From: Spirochaetia bacterium
GTDB taxonomy: Bacteria > Spirochaetota > Spirochaetia > SZUA-6 > Bin103
NCBI GenBank assembly: GCA_965208575.1
Contig: CBDBOV010000006.1
Coordinates: forward strand, 416,001 to 480,000
Direction of reading: 5' to 3'
DNA length: 64,000 bases
Positions 9,612-22,158 of the stretch are shown one piece after another. Each line of letters begins with the position of its first letter. The stretch's first letter is position 1. The notes beneath the pieces were generated by a model. That model ran no database searches. It worked only from the letters and a program-made list of their open reading frames with translations, and had not been told where the DNA came from. The position numbers and the translations under genes are program-made.

Positions 9612-11306
9612 CTACATCCGCTCGAGTGGTTCGATTCCCAGGATTCCGAGACAGTTCGCCAGTACCTGGCGGGTTGCCGCCGCCAGCAGCAGCCGTGCCT
9701 CGCGCAACGGCGAAGCCTCCTGCAGGATCGGGCAGGCGTGGTAGAAGGAGGAGAACTGCCGCGCCACGGCAAAGGCGTAGCCGGCAATCACGTGCGGGCT
9801 GCGCACCCGTAACGCGCGCGCCACCTGGTCCGGCATCTCGTCGAGCAGCTTGACCAGCGCCGTCTCCGGCTCCGCTTCGAGCACACTGAAGTCGGCGCCG
9901 GCCGGCAGTTCCCTGCCGTACTTGCGCAGGATGGAGCAGATGCGTGCGTGGCTGTACAGCAGGTAGGGGCCGCTCTCGCCCTCGAACGACATCGCGGAGT
10001 CCCATTTGAACACCACCTGCTTGTCGTTGGCCACGCGCAGGAACGAGTACTTGAGTGCGCTGTACGCCACCGCCTTGGCGACCGCCGGATCGGCGTCATG
10101 CCCGCGCTTGCGCAGTTCCGCCGCCGCCTTGCTCTTGGCCTCGGCGGCGAAGTCCTCCAACAGCACCAGGTTGCCCTGCCGGCTCGACATCGAGCCTTCG
10201 CCGAGCAGCACGAAACTGTAGTGCACGGCCGCCGGCGCGCCGGCCCCAAGCACCGACAGCGCCGCCTGCAACTGGCGATGGTACAGTTTCTGGTCCTCGC
10301 CGAGCACCACCAGGTTGAGATCGGCGGCGGCAGCTACCTTGTCGAGCGTGTACGCCATGTCGCGCAACACGTACAGCGAGGTCTTGTTGCCGCGGGTGAT
10401 CACCAGCACCGGGTTGCGCGACGGCAGATCGAATCCCTCCAGGTTGAGCGCCAGGCGGCCATGTTCGTCCTCGAACAGGCGCCCGGTGGTGCGCAACTGT
10501 TCCACGATCTGCTGCGAGCGCTGTGGCGTGAGGTAGTCCGACTCGTAGTCGAAGGAGTCGTAGCGGACGCCGGCGTCGGCAAATACTGCGCGCATGCCGC
10601 GCACCGAAATCTCCACCACGCGCCGGAATGCCGCGCGTGCCCCGGCGTCGCCGTTCTCCAGGCGCTCCAGGAGCTGCGTCACCTGCGCGGCCAGGTCCGG
10701 GTCCGCCTGCAGCCGCCGGTTGATGTCGACGTAGATCGCCAGCAGTTCGTGAAACCCCGGGTTACGGTCGCCGACGCCGAGCACCAGCAACGCGATCTGG
10801 CGCCCGACGTCGTTCACGAAGAAACGCACCTCCAGGCGGTAGCCTTCGAAACGCAGCAGGCGCACCAGGGTGTCGCCGATCCAGGCGTTGCGCGCACGCC
10901 CAAGGTGCGGCGATGCATTCGGGTTGATGCTGGTGTGCTCCACCAGCGCACACTTGCCGGCGCCTGATCCACCGGAACCGTAGCCGGCTCCCTCGCGCAG
11001 CACGCGGTCGATCACGCGGGCAGCCACGTCGCCCCTGACGAGGTGGAAATTGAGGTACGGGCCGTGATTCTCCACGCGATTGATGCCGAATTCGGCCAAG
11101 TCGCGCGCCCGAAGCGCGTCGCGGAGCCGCTCTGCCAGCGGCACCGGGGCGATGCCGGCGTCCTTCGCCAACCGGAAGCAGGGTACCGAGTAGTCGCCCA
11201 TGGCGCTGTCCGGTGGGGTGGACAGCGGCACCTCGACCTCTTTCTCCAGCGCCTCGCAGACGAGGCCGGCTATGGTATCGGTCACTTCCGCCACGGTGGC
11301 GCGCAC
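9612..11306 (-). CDS. argS: Arginyl-tRNA synthetase
   Basis: EHTSINPN..PHLGR (HIGH variant), NDVGRQ, MSSRQG (KMSKS variant), GPYLLYSHARI, DALR-type C-terminus ending LERM. Confidence 0.93.
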   Translation of the reverse strand: MRATVAEVTDTIAGLVCEALEKEVEVPLSTPPDSAMGDYSVPCFRLAKDAGIAPVPLAERLRDALRARDLAEFGINRVENHGPYLNFHLVRGDVAARVIDRVLREGAGYGSGGSGAGKCALVEHTSINPNASPHLGRARNAWIGDTLVRLLRFEGYRLEVRFFVNDVGRQIALLVLGVGDRNPGFHELLAIYVDINRRLQADPDLAAQVTQLLERLENGDAGARAAFRRVVEISVRGMRAVFADAGVRYDSFDYESDYLTPQRSQQIVEQLRTTGRLFEDEHGRLALNLEGFDLPSRNPVLVITRGNKTSLYVLRDMAYTLDKVAAAADLNLVVLGEDQKLYHRQLQAALSVLGAGAPAAVHYSFVLLGEGSMSSRQGNLVLLEDFAAEAKSKAAAELRKRGHDADPAVAKAVAYSALKYSFLRVANDKQVVFKWDSAMSFEGESGPYLLYSHARICSILRKYGRELPAGADFSVLEAEPETALVKLLDEMPDQVARALRVRSPHVIAGYAFAVARQFSSFYHACPILQEASPLREARLLLAAATRQVLANCLGILGIEPLERM

Positions 11307-11354
11307 CTTACCCGAAGCGCCGCCGCCGGCACAACAACCGGCTGCCTCGCATGG

Positions 11355-11363
11355 TGGTATAAT
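11355..11363 (+). promoter_or_regulatory. Extended -10 promoter element (TGnTATAAT)
   Basis: TGGTATAAT upstream of the AGGAG SD and the ATG at 11388. Confidence 0.6.
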
Positions 11364-11387
11364 GCATGCCGACGGAGCAGGAGCACG

Positions 11388-11789
11388 ATGAGCGCGTACA
11401 GGGTAAACGTGGTGGCGGTGAATCCGAAGAACGAGGACGTCGTCACCTCGCCGATCAATGCATTGGTCGATACGGGATCCGAGCTGACCTGGCTGCCGGG
11501 CGGCGAGTTAACCGCCATCGGCATCGCCCCGCGGCGCACGCGCACCTTCATCACCGCGTCACGAGAACGCCTGCAGCGCGAGGTCGGGTACGCCATCGTG
11601 CGCGCGGAGGGACACGAGACCACCGACGAGGTGGTATTCGGCGAGAAAGGCGACCAGGTGTTGCTCGGCGTCCGCACGCTGGAGGGCTTTTCGGTGACCG
11701 TCGACCCGATCGGCCACCGGCTGGTGGCGCAGGCCACGCTTGCGTGCGGCGCCGCCCGCCAACGGCAGTCAACGGAGAGCGGGCGGTAG
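11388..11789 (+). CDS. Clan AA (retropepsin-like) aspartyl protease
   Basis: ALVDTGS and LLGVRTLE motifs; AGGAG SD. Confidence 0.85.
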   Translation: MSAYRVNVVAVNPKNEDVVTSPINALVDTGSELTWLPGGELTAIGIAPRRTRTFITASRERLQREVGYAIVRAEGHETTDEVVFGEKGDQVLLGVRTLEGFSVTVDPIGHRLVAQATLACGAARQRQSTESGR

Positions 11790-11834
11790 TTAACGGCGCA
11801 TGGCGCCGGCTTGCGCGGCGGTGTGCGAGGGGTC

Positions 11835-12698
11835 ATGATGCGGGCCATGGCACAAGGCAACGGCAGACTGGCAGGGAAGGTGGCGATCGTGACCGGCGGC
11901 ACCAGCGGCATGGGCGAAGCGACGGTCGACAAGTACGTGGCTGAGGGGGCGCGGGTGATGATCGCCGGGCGGCGCGAAGACGCCGGCAACGCGATCGTGG
12001 CGCGGCTCGGCGCGAATGCCGCGTTCACCCGCACCGACGTGACCCGGGAGGCGGAGGTGGAGCGGCTGGTGGCGGCCACCGTGGAACGCTGGGGGCGTGT
12101 GGACATCCTGTTCAACAACGCCGGCTCGGGCCACGCCTACCGGCTGGTGGAGGAGTTCGACGCCGACGAGTTCCTGAACCAGGTGTGGACGCTGGTCGGC
12201 TCCTGCTTCCTGGCCGTCAAGTACGCGGCGCCGATCATGAAGCGGCAGGGCGCCGGCAGCATCATCAACAACGGCAGCACGGCGGGGGTGACCACCGACG
12301 GCTCGTCGGCCGACTACTCGGCCTGCAAGGCGGGCATGATCCAGGTGACCAAGGTGTGGGCCACCGAGCTGATTTCGCACGGCGTGCGCGTGAACTGCAT
12401 CTCGCCCGGGGCGATCACCACGCCGATCTTCTGGGGCGGCGCCGGTACCCAGACCGAAGAGGAGAACCGCGCCCGGATGGAGCGGCTGGACCGCTGGTGG
12501 ATCGAGAACCGCCCGCAGAACCGGCCCGGCCATCCCGACGACATCGCGCACGCCGCGGTGTTCCTCGGCAGCGACGAGAGCCTGCATATCAGCGGCCACA
12601 ACCTGATGGTCGACGTCGGCTCCACCGTCACCAGAGGAGCGTTCGAGGAACTCCAGGCCATGAAAACCGAACGCGAGCGCGTCATCGCCGGCGCATGA
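11835..12698 (+). CDS. Short-chain dehydrogenase/reductase
   Basis: TGGTSGMG, NNAG, YSACK, VRVNCISPG. Confidence 0.92.
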   Translation: MMRAMAQGNGRLAGKVAIVTGGTSGMGEATVDKYVAEGARVMIAGRREDAGNAIVARLGANAAFTRTDVTREAEVERLVAATVERWGRVDILFNNAGSGHAYRLVEEFDADEFLNQVWTLVGSCFLAVKYAAPIMKRQGAGSIINNGSTAGVTTDGSSADYSACKAGMIQVTKVWATELISHGVRVNCISPGAITTPIFWGGAGTQTEEENRARMERLDRWWIENRPQNRPGHPDDIAHAAVFLGSDESLHISGHNLMVDVGSTVTRGAFEELQAMKTERERVIAGA

Positions 12699-12747
12699 CC
12701 CGCGAGGCGCGCCACGCCCTCGCGCGCCGGATGACTCGGCGGTCCGT

Positions 12748-14001
12748 TCAGGCGGCGCCGTCGGCGTAGCGGCGGAAGGCGAGCACGGCGTTGTGGCCGC
12801 CAAAGCCGAACGAGTTGGAGATGGCGGCGCGGATCGAGCCGGGCCGGCCGGTGTTGGCCACGTAGTCCAGGTCGCAGCCGGGGTCGGGCTCCTCCTGGTT
12901 GATGGTGGGCGGGAAGAACTGCTCGTGCACGGCGAGGGCGGTGGTGATCGCCTCGATGGCGCCGGCCGCGCCGAGCAGGTGGCCGACCATCGACTTGGTG
13001 GATGACACCTTCAGTGCGGCGGCGTGGTCGCCGAACACCTCCTTGATCGCCGCCGTCTCGGTGACGTCGTTGAGTTGCGTGGAGGTGCCGTGCGCGTTGA
13101 CGTAGTCCACCTCCGCGGCCTGCAGGCCGCCGGTGGTGAGCGCCATGCGCATCGCGTTGACGGCGCCGCGCCCCTGCGGATGGGGCGCGGTGAGGTGGTT
13201 GGCGTCGCAGGTGGCGCCGTAGCCCGCGAGTTCCGCGTAGATGCGGGCACCGCGCCGCCGGGCGTGCTCCAGCTCTTCCAATATCAGCACCCCGGCGCCC
13301 TCGCCGATCACGAAGCCGTCGCGGCGGCCGTCGAACGGACGGCTCGCCTGCTCGGGCGCATCGTTGTAGCGGGTGCTGACCGCCTTCAGCGCACAGAAAC
13401 CGGCCACCGACAGCGGGGTGACCGGCGCCTCGGTGCCGCCGCCCAGGATCACGTCGGTGGCGCCGTCCTTGATCCACCGGTATGCCTCCCCGATGGCGTC
13501 GTTGGCGGAGGCGCACGCCGACACCACGGTATAGGAGGGACCGCGCGCGTTGATGCGAATGGCGATGTGGCCGGCGGCGATGTTGCTGATCATCTTCGGC
13601 ACCAGCAGCGGGTGCACTCCCTTGGGACCGCGCTTGAACAGGTGCGCGAATTCCGACTCCAGGGTGTCCAGCCCGCCGAAGCCGACCCCGAGCAGGACGC
13701 CGGTGCGGTCCGGATCGAGCGCCTCGGGGGCCAGGCCGGCGTCTTCGAGCGCCTGCACCGCCGACACGATGGCGTAGCGCGAGAAGATGTCCATGCGCCG
13801 CGCCTCGCGCGACTCCAATATGCCGCGATCACTGAAATCGGGAATCTCGCCCGCGATCCGGGCGCCGAAGTCGCTGGCGTCGAACCGGGTGATCGGACCG
13901 ATGCCCGACTCGCCCGCCTTGGCCCGCCGCCAGAAGGCGTCCGCATCGGTGGCCAGGGGATTGACCGTTCCGAGACCGGTGACTACCACGCGCCTGCTCA
14001 T
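12748..14001 (-). CDS. fabF: Beta-ketoacyl-ACP synthase II
   Basis: RRVVVTG, SACAS, NAHGTST, KSMVGHLLGAAG, SNSFGFGGHN. Confidence 0.96.
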   Translation of the reverse strand: MSRRVVVTGLGTVNPLATDADAFWRRAKAGESGIGPITRFDASDFGARIAGEIPDFSDRGILESREARRMDIFSRYAIVSAVQALEDAGLAPEALDPDRTGVLLGVGFGGLDTLESEFAHLFKRGPKGVHPLLVPKMISNIAAGHIAIRINARGPSYTVVSACASANDAIGEAYRWIKDGATDVILGGGTEAPVTPLSVAGFCALKAVSTRYNDAPEQASRPFDGRRDGFVIGEGAGVLILEELEHARRRGARIYAELAGYGATCDANHLTAPHPQGRGAVNAMRMALTTGGLQAAEVDYVNAHGTSTQLNDVTETAAIKEVFGDHAAALKVSSTKSMVGHLLGAAGAIEAITTALAVHEQFFPPTINQEEPDPGCDLDYVANTGRPGSIRAAISNSFGFGGHNAVLAFRRYADGAA

Positions 14002-14026
14002 CTTCCCCTCCTCATGCAACTGCTTT

Positions 14027-14776
14027 TCAGATCGCCAGTCCGCCGTCTACCTGCAACACCTGACCGGTAATGTACGACGCGCGGTCGCCGGCGAGAAAGC
14101 CGACCAGTTCCGCTACGTCCCCCGCGGTTCCGGTGCGTTTCAAGGGAATCAGGTCGAGCACGGCCTGACGTACCGCCTCGTTCATGGAGCGGGTCATGTC
14201 GGTGTCGATATACCCCGGGGCCACCACGTTGACGCGCACGCCGCGGCCGGCCACCTCCTTGGCGAGGCTCTTGGAGAACCCGATGATGCCCGCCTTGGAC
14301 GCCGCGTAGTTGGTCTGTCCCGGGTTGCCGTGCAGACCGGTAACCGAGGAAATGTTGACGATCGATCCGGCGCGCGCCCGCACCATGCTGCGCACCACCT
14401 GGCGGCAGGTCACGAAGGTGGCGGTCAGGTTGGCCACCAGCACGGCGTCCCAGTCGGCGCGTTTCATGCGCATCACCAGCCCGTCGCGGGTGATGCCGGC
14501 GTTGTTGACCAGCACGTCGACGCGCCCCTGTTCCTCCAGCACCGCGTCGACCGCGCCGGCCGTGGCCTCCTCGTCGGTGACGTCGATCTGCCGCCAGTGT
14601 ACCGCTGTTCCGCGCTCGGCGGCGCACCGCTCCCATTCCGCCTGCTTCTCGGCGGGCGAACGGGACAGGTAATAGACGGTCGCCGCCTCGCGCAGCAGCG
14701 TCGCCACCACCGCCGCGCCGATACCGCGCGAGCCGCCGGTAACCAGGGCGATCCTCCCGCTCAGTTCCCCTCCCAT
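14027..14776 (-). CDS. fabG: 3-oxoacyl-ACP reductase
   Basis: TGGSRGIG, NNAGITRD, GNPGQTNYAASKAG; located between fabD and fabF. Confidence 0.95.
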   Translation of the reverse strand: MGGELSGRIALVTGGSRGIGAAVVATLLREAATVYYLSRSPAEKQAEWERCAAERGTAVHWRQIDVTDEEATAGAVDAVLEEQGRVDVLVNNAGITRDGLVMRMKRADWDAVLVANLTATFVTCRQVVRSMVRARAGSIVNISSVTGLHGNPGQTNYAASKAGIIGFSKSLAKEVAGRGVRVNVVAPGYIDTDMTRSMNEAVRQAVLDLIPLKRTGTAGDVAELVGFLAGDRASYITGQVLQVDGGLAI

Positions 14777-14779
14777 CGT

Positions 14780-15712
14780 CTACTCCCCCGCCGCCAGCGC
14801 GTCGACCTGTTCCATGGTGCCCACCGGCGTGCATGAAGCGTCGGCGTCGAAGCCGCGCATCAGCCCGGTCAACACCCTGCCGGGTCCGGTCTCCAGGAAG
14901 CGTCCGAAGCCGTCCTCGACCAGGCTGTTGATCTCCGTTACCCACTGCACGCTGGAGACGATCTGCTGCACGCACAGCCGCTTCGCCTCGGCGCCGCCGG
15001 CGATGCGCCTACCGGTGACGTTCGCGTAAACCGGGCGGGCCGGATCGTGGAACGTGAAGGCGGCCACCACCTCGGCGAACCGCACGCGCGCGGACTCGAT
15101 CAATGGCGAATGAAACGGACCGGACACCTTCAGCGCCACGAAGCGGCGCGCGCCGGCGGCCGTGCACGCCTGCTCGGCTGCCGCCAGCCCCTCGGCGGTG
15201 CCGGCCAGCACCACCTGTGCCGGGCTGGAGAAGTTGGCGGCCCAGGCGCCGTCCACGCCGGCGAGCGCCGCGGTCACGCGTTCCGGGGCCAGGCCGATCA
15301 CCGCGGCCATGCCGGCCGGCCCGGCAGCCGTATCGGCGCCGCGGCTGGCGGCTTCCATCGCCTCGCCGCGCGCCTGCACGATGCGAAACAGGTCGCCGTC
15401 GGCGATCACCCCGGCGGCGGCCAGGGCGGCATACTCACCGACCGAAAAGCCGGCGTAGCCGTGCGCCTCGATGCCGCGCTCCGCGAGCACCCTGGCAACC
15501 GCCAGGTTGACCAGGGTTACGGCGATCTGCGTCCGGTTGGTGGCCTGCAGATCCTCCGCGCTGCCGCGAAACAGCAACGCCTCCAGGTCCAGGCCGGTGG
15601 CGTCGGACGCCTGGGCAAACAACTCCCGGACGCCCGCGCTGGCCTCGAACAGGTCCTTGCCCATGCCGGGATACTGAGCGCCCTGTCCGGGAAACAAAAA
15701 ACAGGTCTTCAT
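14780..15712 (-). CDS. fabD: Malonyl-CoA:ACP transacylase
   Basis: FPGQGAQ, GFSVGE (GHSLGE variant), VSGPFHS, ETGPG. Confidence 0.94.
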   Translation of the reverse strand: MKTCFLFPGQGAQYPGMGKDLFEASAGVRELFAQASDATGLDLEALLFRGSAEDLQATNRTQIAVTLVNLAVARVLAERGIEAHGYAGFSVGEYAALAAAGVIADGDLFRIVQARGEAMEAASRGADTAAGPAGMAAVIGLAPERVTAALAGVDGAWAANFSSPAQVVLAGTAEGLAAAEQACTAAGARRFVALKVSGPFHSPLIESARVRFAEVVAAFTFHDPARPVYANVTGRRIAGGAEAKRLCVQQIVSSVQWVTEINSLVEDGFGRFLETGPGRVLTGLMRGFDADASCTPVGTMEQVDALAAGE

Positions 15713-15932
15713 GGTTCAGGGGGACGGCCTCCGGCGCGGGCCCGGCAAGCCGCCGGCCAGCGCCGCGGGGCAGAGCCGGCTTTCGGTTTCGGGACTACCC
15801 GTACGTCGCGCGCAAAGTACCACGGCCGCCCCGCCGCGTCAAACCGCGAACGGGACGGCCGCCCCCTGGGGCTGCGCGAACGGTCATGCTCGACTCCTCG
15901 GAGCAAGTTCGGGACAGACCGCCGTGCTTCGC

Positions 15933-18155
<2,223 letters not shown>

Positions 18156-18186
18156 TCAACTCTCGGGCGAGCACCGCGAGATCGAT

Positions 18187-19518
18187 TCAGCGGCGCTCCT
18201 CCGGGATCAGGCCGCGCGGTGCGAAGCGCAGCACGAGCAGCAGGACCACCCCCATCACGACCGGACGCATGTGGGCCGCGCTGGCAAGCAGGTGCCCCTT
18301 GAGCGGGCTCTCGGGCGCCATCGGGGCGGTGACCAGCTCCATCATCTGGAGGCCGACCGGCTCCGCCTGAATCCATACGTACCAGATCAGGAAGCCGCCG
18401 AGCACGGCGCCCCAGTTGTTGCCCGAGCCGCCCACGATCACCATCACCCAGATCAGAAAGGTAAAGCGCATCGGCTGGTAGGAGGCGGGCGTGAACTGGC
18501 CGTCGAGCGTGGTCAGCATGGCGCCGGCGATGCCGATGACCGCCGAGCCGAGCACGAACACCTGCAGGTGGCGGGCGGTGACATCCTTGCCCATGGCGCG
18601 GGCGGCGGTCTCGTTGTCGCGAACGGCGCGCATCATGCGGCCCCACGGCGAGCGCAGCGCGGTCTCCGACAGCCAGGTGAGAATCACCAGCACGAGCAGG
18701 AACAGGCCGGCGTAGCACAGCTTCACGACGATCGAGGACAGGTCCACCTCGGACACGCCGAGCGCCGCGGCCCACTCGCCGAACCACGCCGCGTTCTGCA
18801 GGTCGATCTCGTAGGGAACCGGCCGCGGCAGGCCGGTAACGTTCTTGACCCCGCGCGTCAGCCACTCCTCGTACTTGAGGATGGCGACGATGATCTCCGC
18901 GATGCCCAGGGTGGCGATGGCGAGGTAGTCGGACCGGAGGCTGAGGCTGATCTTGCACACCCAGGCCGCCGCGGCGGCGAACGCGCCACCGACCAGCCAG
19001 GCTGCGACGATCGGCAGGCCGAGGCCGCCAAGGTAGCCGGTGACGGTAGGATCGATCGCTTCAACCGCCTCCACGGCGGGCGCGAACACGGCACGAGCGG
19101 CCAGGGCGCCGCCGATCACGATCAGCGCGACCGCCAGCCGCCGATACCCCGGCCGGCCGAGACGGCGGCGCGCGAACAGCACCGCGAGCACGGTGACCGC
19201 GGCCAGCGCCAGCCCGACCAGCACGCCGCCGCCGCCGGCACGCCACGCGTCGGCCACCGGCGGCATGGAGACCAGGACGCCGGCCAGCCCGCCGAGCGCG
19301 GCGAAGCCCATCACGCCGGCGTTGAACAGGCCCGCGTAGCCCCACTGGATGTTGACCCCGAGCGTCATGATCGCCGAGATCAGGCACAGGTTGAGGATCG
19401 CCAGCGCCAGCGACCAGCTCTGCACCAGGCCCACCAGGCAGACGAGTGCCGCCATGGCCGCGAACAGGACCGGCTTGCGGGGGGCCCGCGCCAGCCACGA
19501 ACCGACCCGCGCGCTCAC
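18187..19518 (-). CDS. Branched-chain amino acid-type ABC permease (LivM-like)
   Basis: NIQWGYAG, RSDYLAIATLG, SPWGRMMRAVRDNE, VGGSGN; GTG start overlaps the upstream stop. Confidence 0.9.
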   Translation of the reverse strand: MSARVGSWLARAPRKPVLFAAMAALVCLVGLVQSWSLALAILNLCLISAIMTLGVNIQWGYAGLFNAGVMGFAALGGLAGVLVSMPPVADAWRAGGGGVLVGLALAAVTVLAVLFARRRLGRPGYRRLAVALIVIGGALAARAVFAPAVEAVEAIDPTVTGYLGGLGLPIVAAWLVGGAFAAAAAWVCKISLSLRSDYLAIATLGIAEIIVAILKYEEWLTRGVKNVTGLPRPVPYEIDLQNAAWFGEWAAALGVSEVDLSSIVVKLCYAGLFLLVLVILTWLSETALRSPWGRMMRAVRDNETAARAMGKDVTARHLQVFVLGSAVIGIAGAMLTTLDGQFTPASYQPMRFTFLIWVMVIVGGSGNNWGAVLGGFLIWYVWIQAEPVGLQMMELVTAPMAPESPLKGHLLASAAHMRPVVMGVVLLLVLRFAPRGLIPEERR

Positions 19519-20528
19519 GTGGACTTGCCCCCGAAGATGCCGGTGGGCCGTACCAGCAGCACCACGACCAGGATGCAGAACGACACCGCGAACTTGTAGT
19601 CGGTGGACAGCAGTTGCACCAGGCCCTCCGGCCGCCAGCCCTCCGGTCCCAGGTAGCCGAGGAACTTCTTGTAGGGATAGGTGAGCAGCACCTCCGAGAA
19701 CGCCACCACGAAACCGCCCGCGATGGCGCCGAGCGGACTGCCCAGGCCGCCGACGATGGCGGCCGCGAAGATCGGCAGCAGCAGCGACAGGTAGACGAAC
19801 GGCTTGAAGCTCTTGTCCAGGCCGTACAGGGTCCCGGCCACCGCGGCGAGGGCGCCGACGATGATCCAGGTGACCGCCACCACCCGTTCCGGGTTGATAC
19901 CGGACAGCAGCGCCAGGTCCTCGTTGTCCGAGTAGGCGCGCATCGACTTGCCGGTGCGGGTTGCGCCGAGGAACCAGAACAGCCACAGCACCAGGATCGC
20001 GGTCGCCGCGACCGTGATCGTCTGCGTGGTCTTGATGGCCAGTCCCTCGCGCAGCCCGGTGGCTTCCTTGAACTGGCGCACGCTGACCACGAACCGCGTG
20101 CCGTCGGTGAACACCTGGTCGTCGGGGCCGATCACGAACCGGATCAGCCCGTTCAGGACGAACATGACGCCCACCGATGCCACCATCAGGATGACCGGCG
20201 CGGCCTTCCGGCGACGGTAGAAGCGGTACACCCAGCGATCGGTCACCAGGCACAGGACGCCGCCGGCCGCCATCCCTGCCGGGAGGGCCAGCAGCGCGGT
20301 GGGCAGGGGCGCGATGCCGACCTGCCACGATTGCAGCAGCCAGGTCACGAGAATGGTGGCCATGGCACCGAACGCCATGGTCTCGCCGTGGGCGAAGTTC
20401 GAGAAGCGCAGCACGCCGTACACCAGCGTGACGCCGAGGGCGCCGAGGGCGAGCTGGCACCCGTAGACGGTGGCGGGCACGAGCACGAAGTTGGCCAGGA
20501 GCACCACCGCGTTGACGAGGTCGGTCAT
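19515..20528 (-). CDS. Branched-chain amino acid-type ABC permease (LivH-like)
   Basis: LVYGVLRFSNFAHG, TRTGKSMRA, AAIVGGLG. Confidence 0.92.
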   Translation of the reverse strand: MTDLVNAVVLLANFVLVPATVYGCQLALGALGVTLVYGVLRFSNFAHGETMAFGAMATILVTWLLQSWQVGIAPLPTALLALPAGMAAGGVLCLVTDRWVYRFYRRRKAAPVILMVASVGVMFVLNGLIRFVIGPDDQVFTDGTRFVVSVRQFKEATGLREGLAIKTTQTITVAATAILVLWLFWFLGATRTGKSMRAYSDNEDLALLSGINPERVVAVTWIIVGALAAVAGTLYGLDKSFKPFVYLSLLLPIFAAAIVGGLGSPLGAIAGGFVVAFSEVLLTYPYKKFLGYLGPEGWRPEGLVQLLSTDYKFAVSFCILVVVLLVRPTGIFGGKST

Positions 20529-20531
20529 CGG

Positions 20532-21236
20532 TCAGCCCCCCAGAAAGGAACGGCGAATCTCGGCGTCCGCCAGCAATTCGCCGCCCGGGCCGGTGTGGCG
20601 GTTGCGGCCCTGCACCAGCACGAACCCGGTATCGGCCAGTGCCAGCGCCTGGCGGGCATTCTGCTCGACGATGAGGACCGCGACGCCGGCGGCGGCGATG
20701 TCGACGATGCGTTCGAACAGCTCCTTGGTGACGATCGGCGACACGCCGGCGGTGGGCTCGTCGAGCATCAGCACGCGCGGCCGGTTCATCAGTGCGCGCC
20801 CGATCGCCACCTGCTGGCGCTGGCCGCCGGACAGCTCGCCCGCCGCCTGGCGGCGCTTCTCGCGCAGCACCGGAAACAGGCGATACACCTCGTTCAGGGT
20901 GCCGGAGATGTCGTCGTCGCGGATGAACGCGCCCATCTCCAGGTTCTCCTGCACGGTCATCGACCGGAACACGTTGTCGGTCTGCGGCACGAAGCCCATG
21001 CCCCTGCGCGCCCGCGCCTGCGGCGCCAGCGCGGTGATCTCCTCGCCACCGAGATGCACGCTGCCGGCGCGCAGGTTCAGCAGCCCGAACAGCGCCTTCA
21101 TGGCGGTCGACTTGCCGGCGCCGTTGGGCCCCACCACCACCGCGATCTCGCCCTCGTCCACGGCCAGGGAACAGCCGCGCAGAATGTCGGGACCGCCGTA
21201 GCCGCCGGTCAGCGCCTCGCCCTCCAACAGGCTCAT
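20532..21236 (-). CDS. ABC ATP-binding protein (LivF-like)
   Basis: GPNGAGKST, LSGGQRQ, MLDEP. Confidence 0.92.
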   Translation of the reverse strand: MSLLEGEALTGGYGGPDILRGCSLAVDEGEIAVVVGPNGAGKSTAMKALFGLLNLRAGSVHLGGEEITALAPQARARRGMGFVPQTDNVFRSMTVQENLEMGAFIRDDDISGTLNEVYRLFPVLREKRRQAAGELSGGQRQQVAIGRALMNRPRVLMLDEPTAGVSPIVTKELFERIVDIAAAGVAVLIVEQNARQALALADTGFVLVQGRNRHTGPGGELLADAEIRRSFLGG

Positions 21237-22027
21237 GCCCGAACTCCGGCGCTGCGCCCGTCGCGGGTCACCGGCCCGGAGCCGAGGTACGCCTCCACCA
21301 CCCGCTCGTCGGACTGCACCTCGGGAGCCGAGCCCTGGGTCAGCACCTTGCCTTCCACCATGACGATGACCGGGTCGCAGAGCAGGGAGATCAGCTCCAT
21401 GTCGTGCTCGATGATGCAGAACGTGTAGCCGCGATGCAGATTGAGGCGCAGAATGGCGCCGGAAATCTCCTTCAGCAGGGTGCGGTTGACCCCGGCGCCA
21501 ACCTCGTCGAGCAGCACCACGCGCGGCTCCGCCATCATGGTGCGTCCAAGTTCGACCAGCTTCTTTTGCCCGCCCGACAGGTTGCCGGCAAGCTCGTCCG
21601 CCACGGCGTCGAGCTTCAGGAACTCGATCACCTCCGCGGCCCTCGCGCGCAGCGCGGCCTCCTCGGCGCGGACCCTGCCGGGCCGAAGCCACACGTTGGG
21701 CAGGCGCTCGCCGGACTGGCCGCCGGGCACGGTCATCAGGTTCTCTCGTACCGTCAGCGTCGAGAACTCGTGCGCGATCTGGAAGGTGCGCAGCACTCCC
21801 TTGGCGAACAGCTCGTGCGGCTGCAGCCCGGTGATCTCTTCGCCGTCCAGGTACACGTGTCCGGCGGTGGGCCGGTGCACGCCGGCGATGACGTTGAACA
21901 GCGTCGTCTTGCCGGCGCCGTTGGGGCCGATCAGGCCGGTGATGGCGCCGCGCTCGATGGTGAGCGACGCGCCGTCGACGGCACGGATGCCGCCGAAGCG
22001 CATGTGCAGATCCTGTACGGAAATCAT
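21233..22027 (-). CDS. ABC ATP-binding protein (LivG-like)
   Basis: GPNGAGKTT, RTFQ, LSGGQKK, LLDE, IEHD, VVEAYLG. Confidence 0.92.
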   Translation of the reverse strand: MISVQDLHMRFGGIRAVDGASLTIERGAITGLIGPNGAGKTTLFNVIAGVHRPTAGHVYLDGEEITGLQPHELFAKGVLRTFQIAHEFSTLTVRENLMTVPGGQSGERLPNVWLRPGRVRAEEAALRARAAEVIEFLKLDAVADELAGNLSGGQKKLVELGRTMMAEPRVVLLDEVGAGVNRTLLKEISGAILRLNLHRGYTFCIIEHDMELISLLCDPVIVMVEGKVLTQGSAPEVQSDERVVEAYLGSGPVTRDGRSAGVRA

Positions 22028-22158
22028 CCGTTCCCGCACCGGCCGCGCCGGCGCCCGCTCAGCGCCGGCACGCGAACCGGGTCGGGCCGCCCGCACCGGC
22101 CCGCTCGCGCGCGATGCCGAGGACGGCCGGCGGCCCGTGGAACTGGGCCGTGGAGCTG

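Noticed and set aside
14001-14027. Missing acpP between fabG and fabF; fabH detached from the cluster
   Set aside because: Gene order variation is common and acpP is probably elsewhere in the genome
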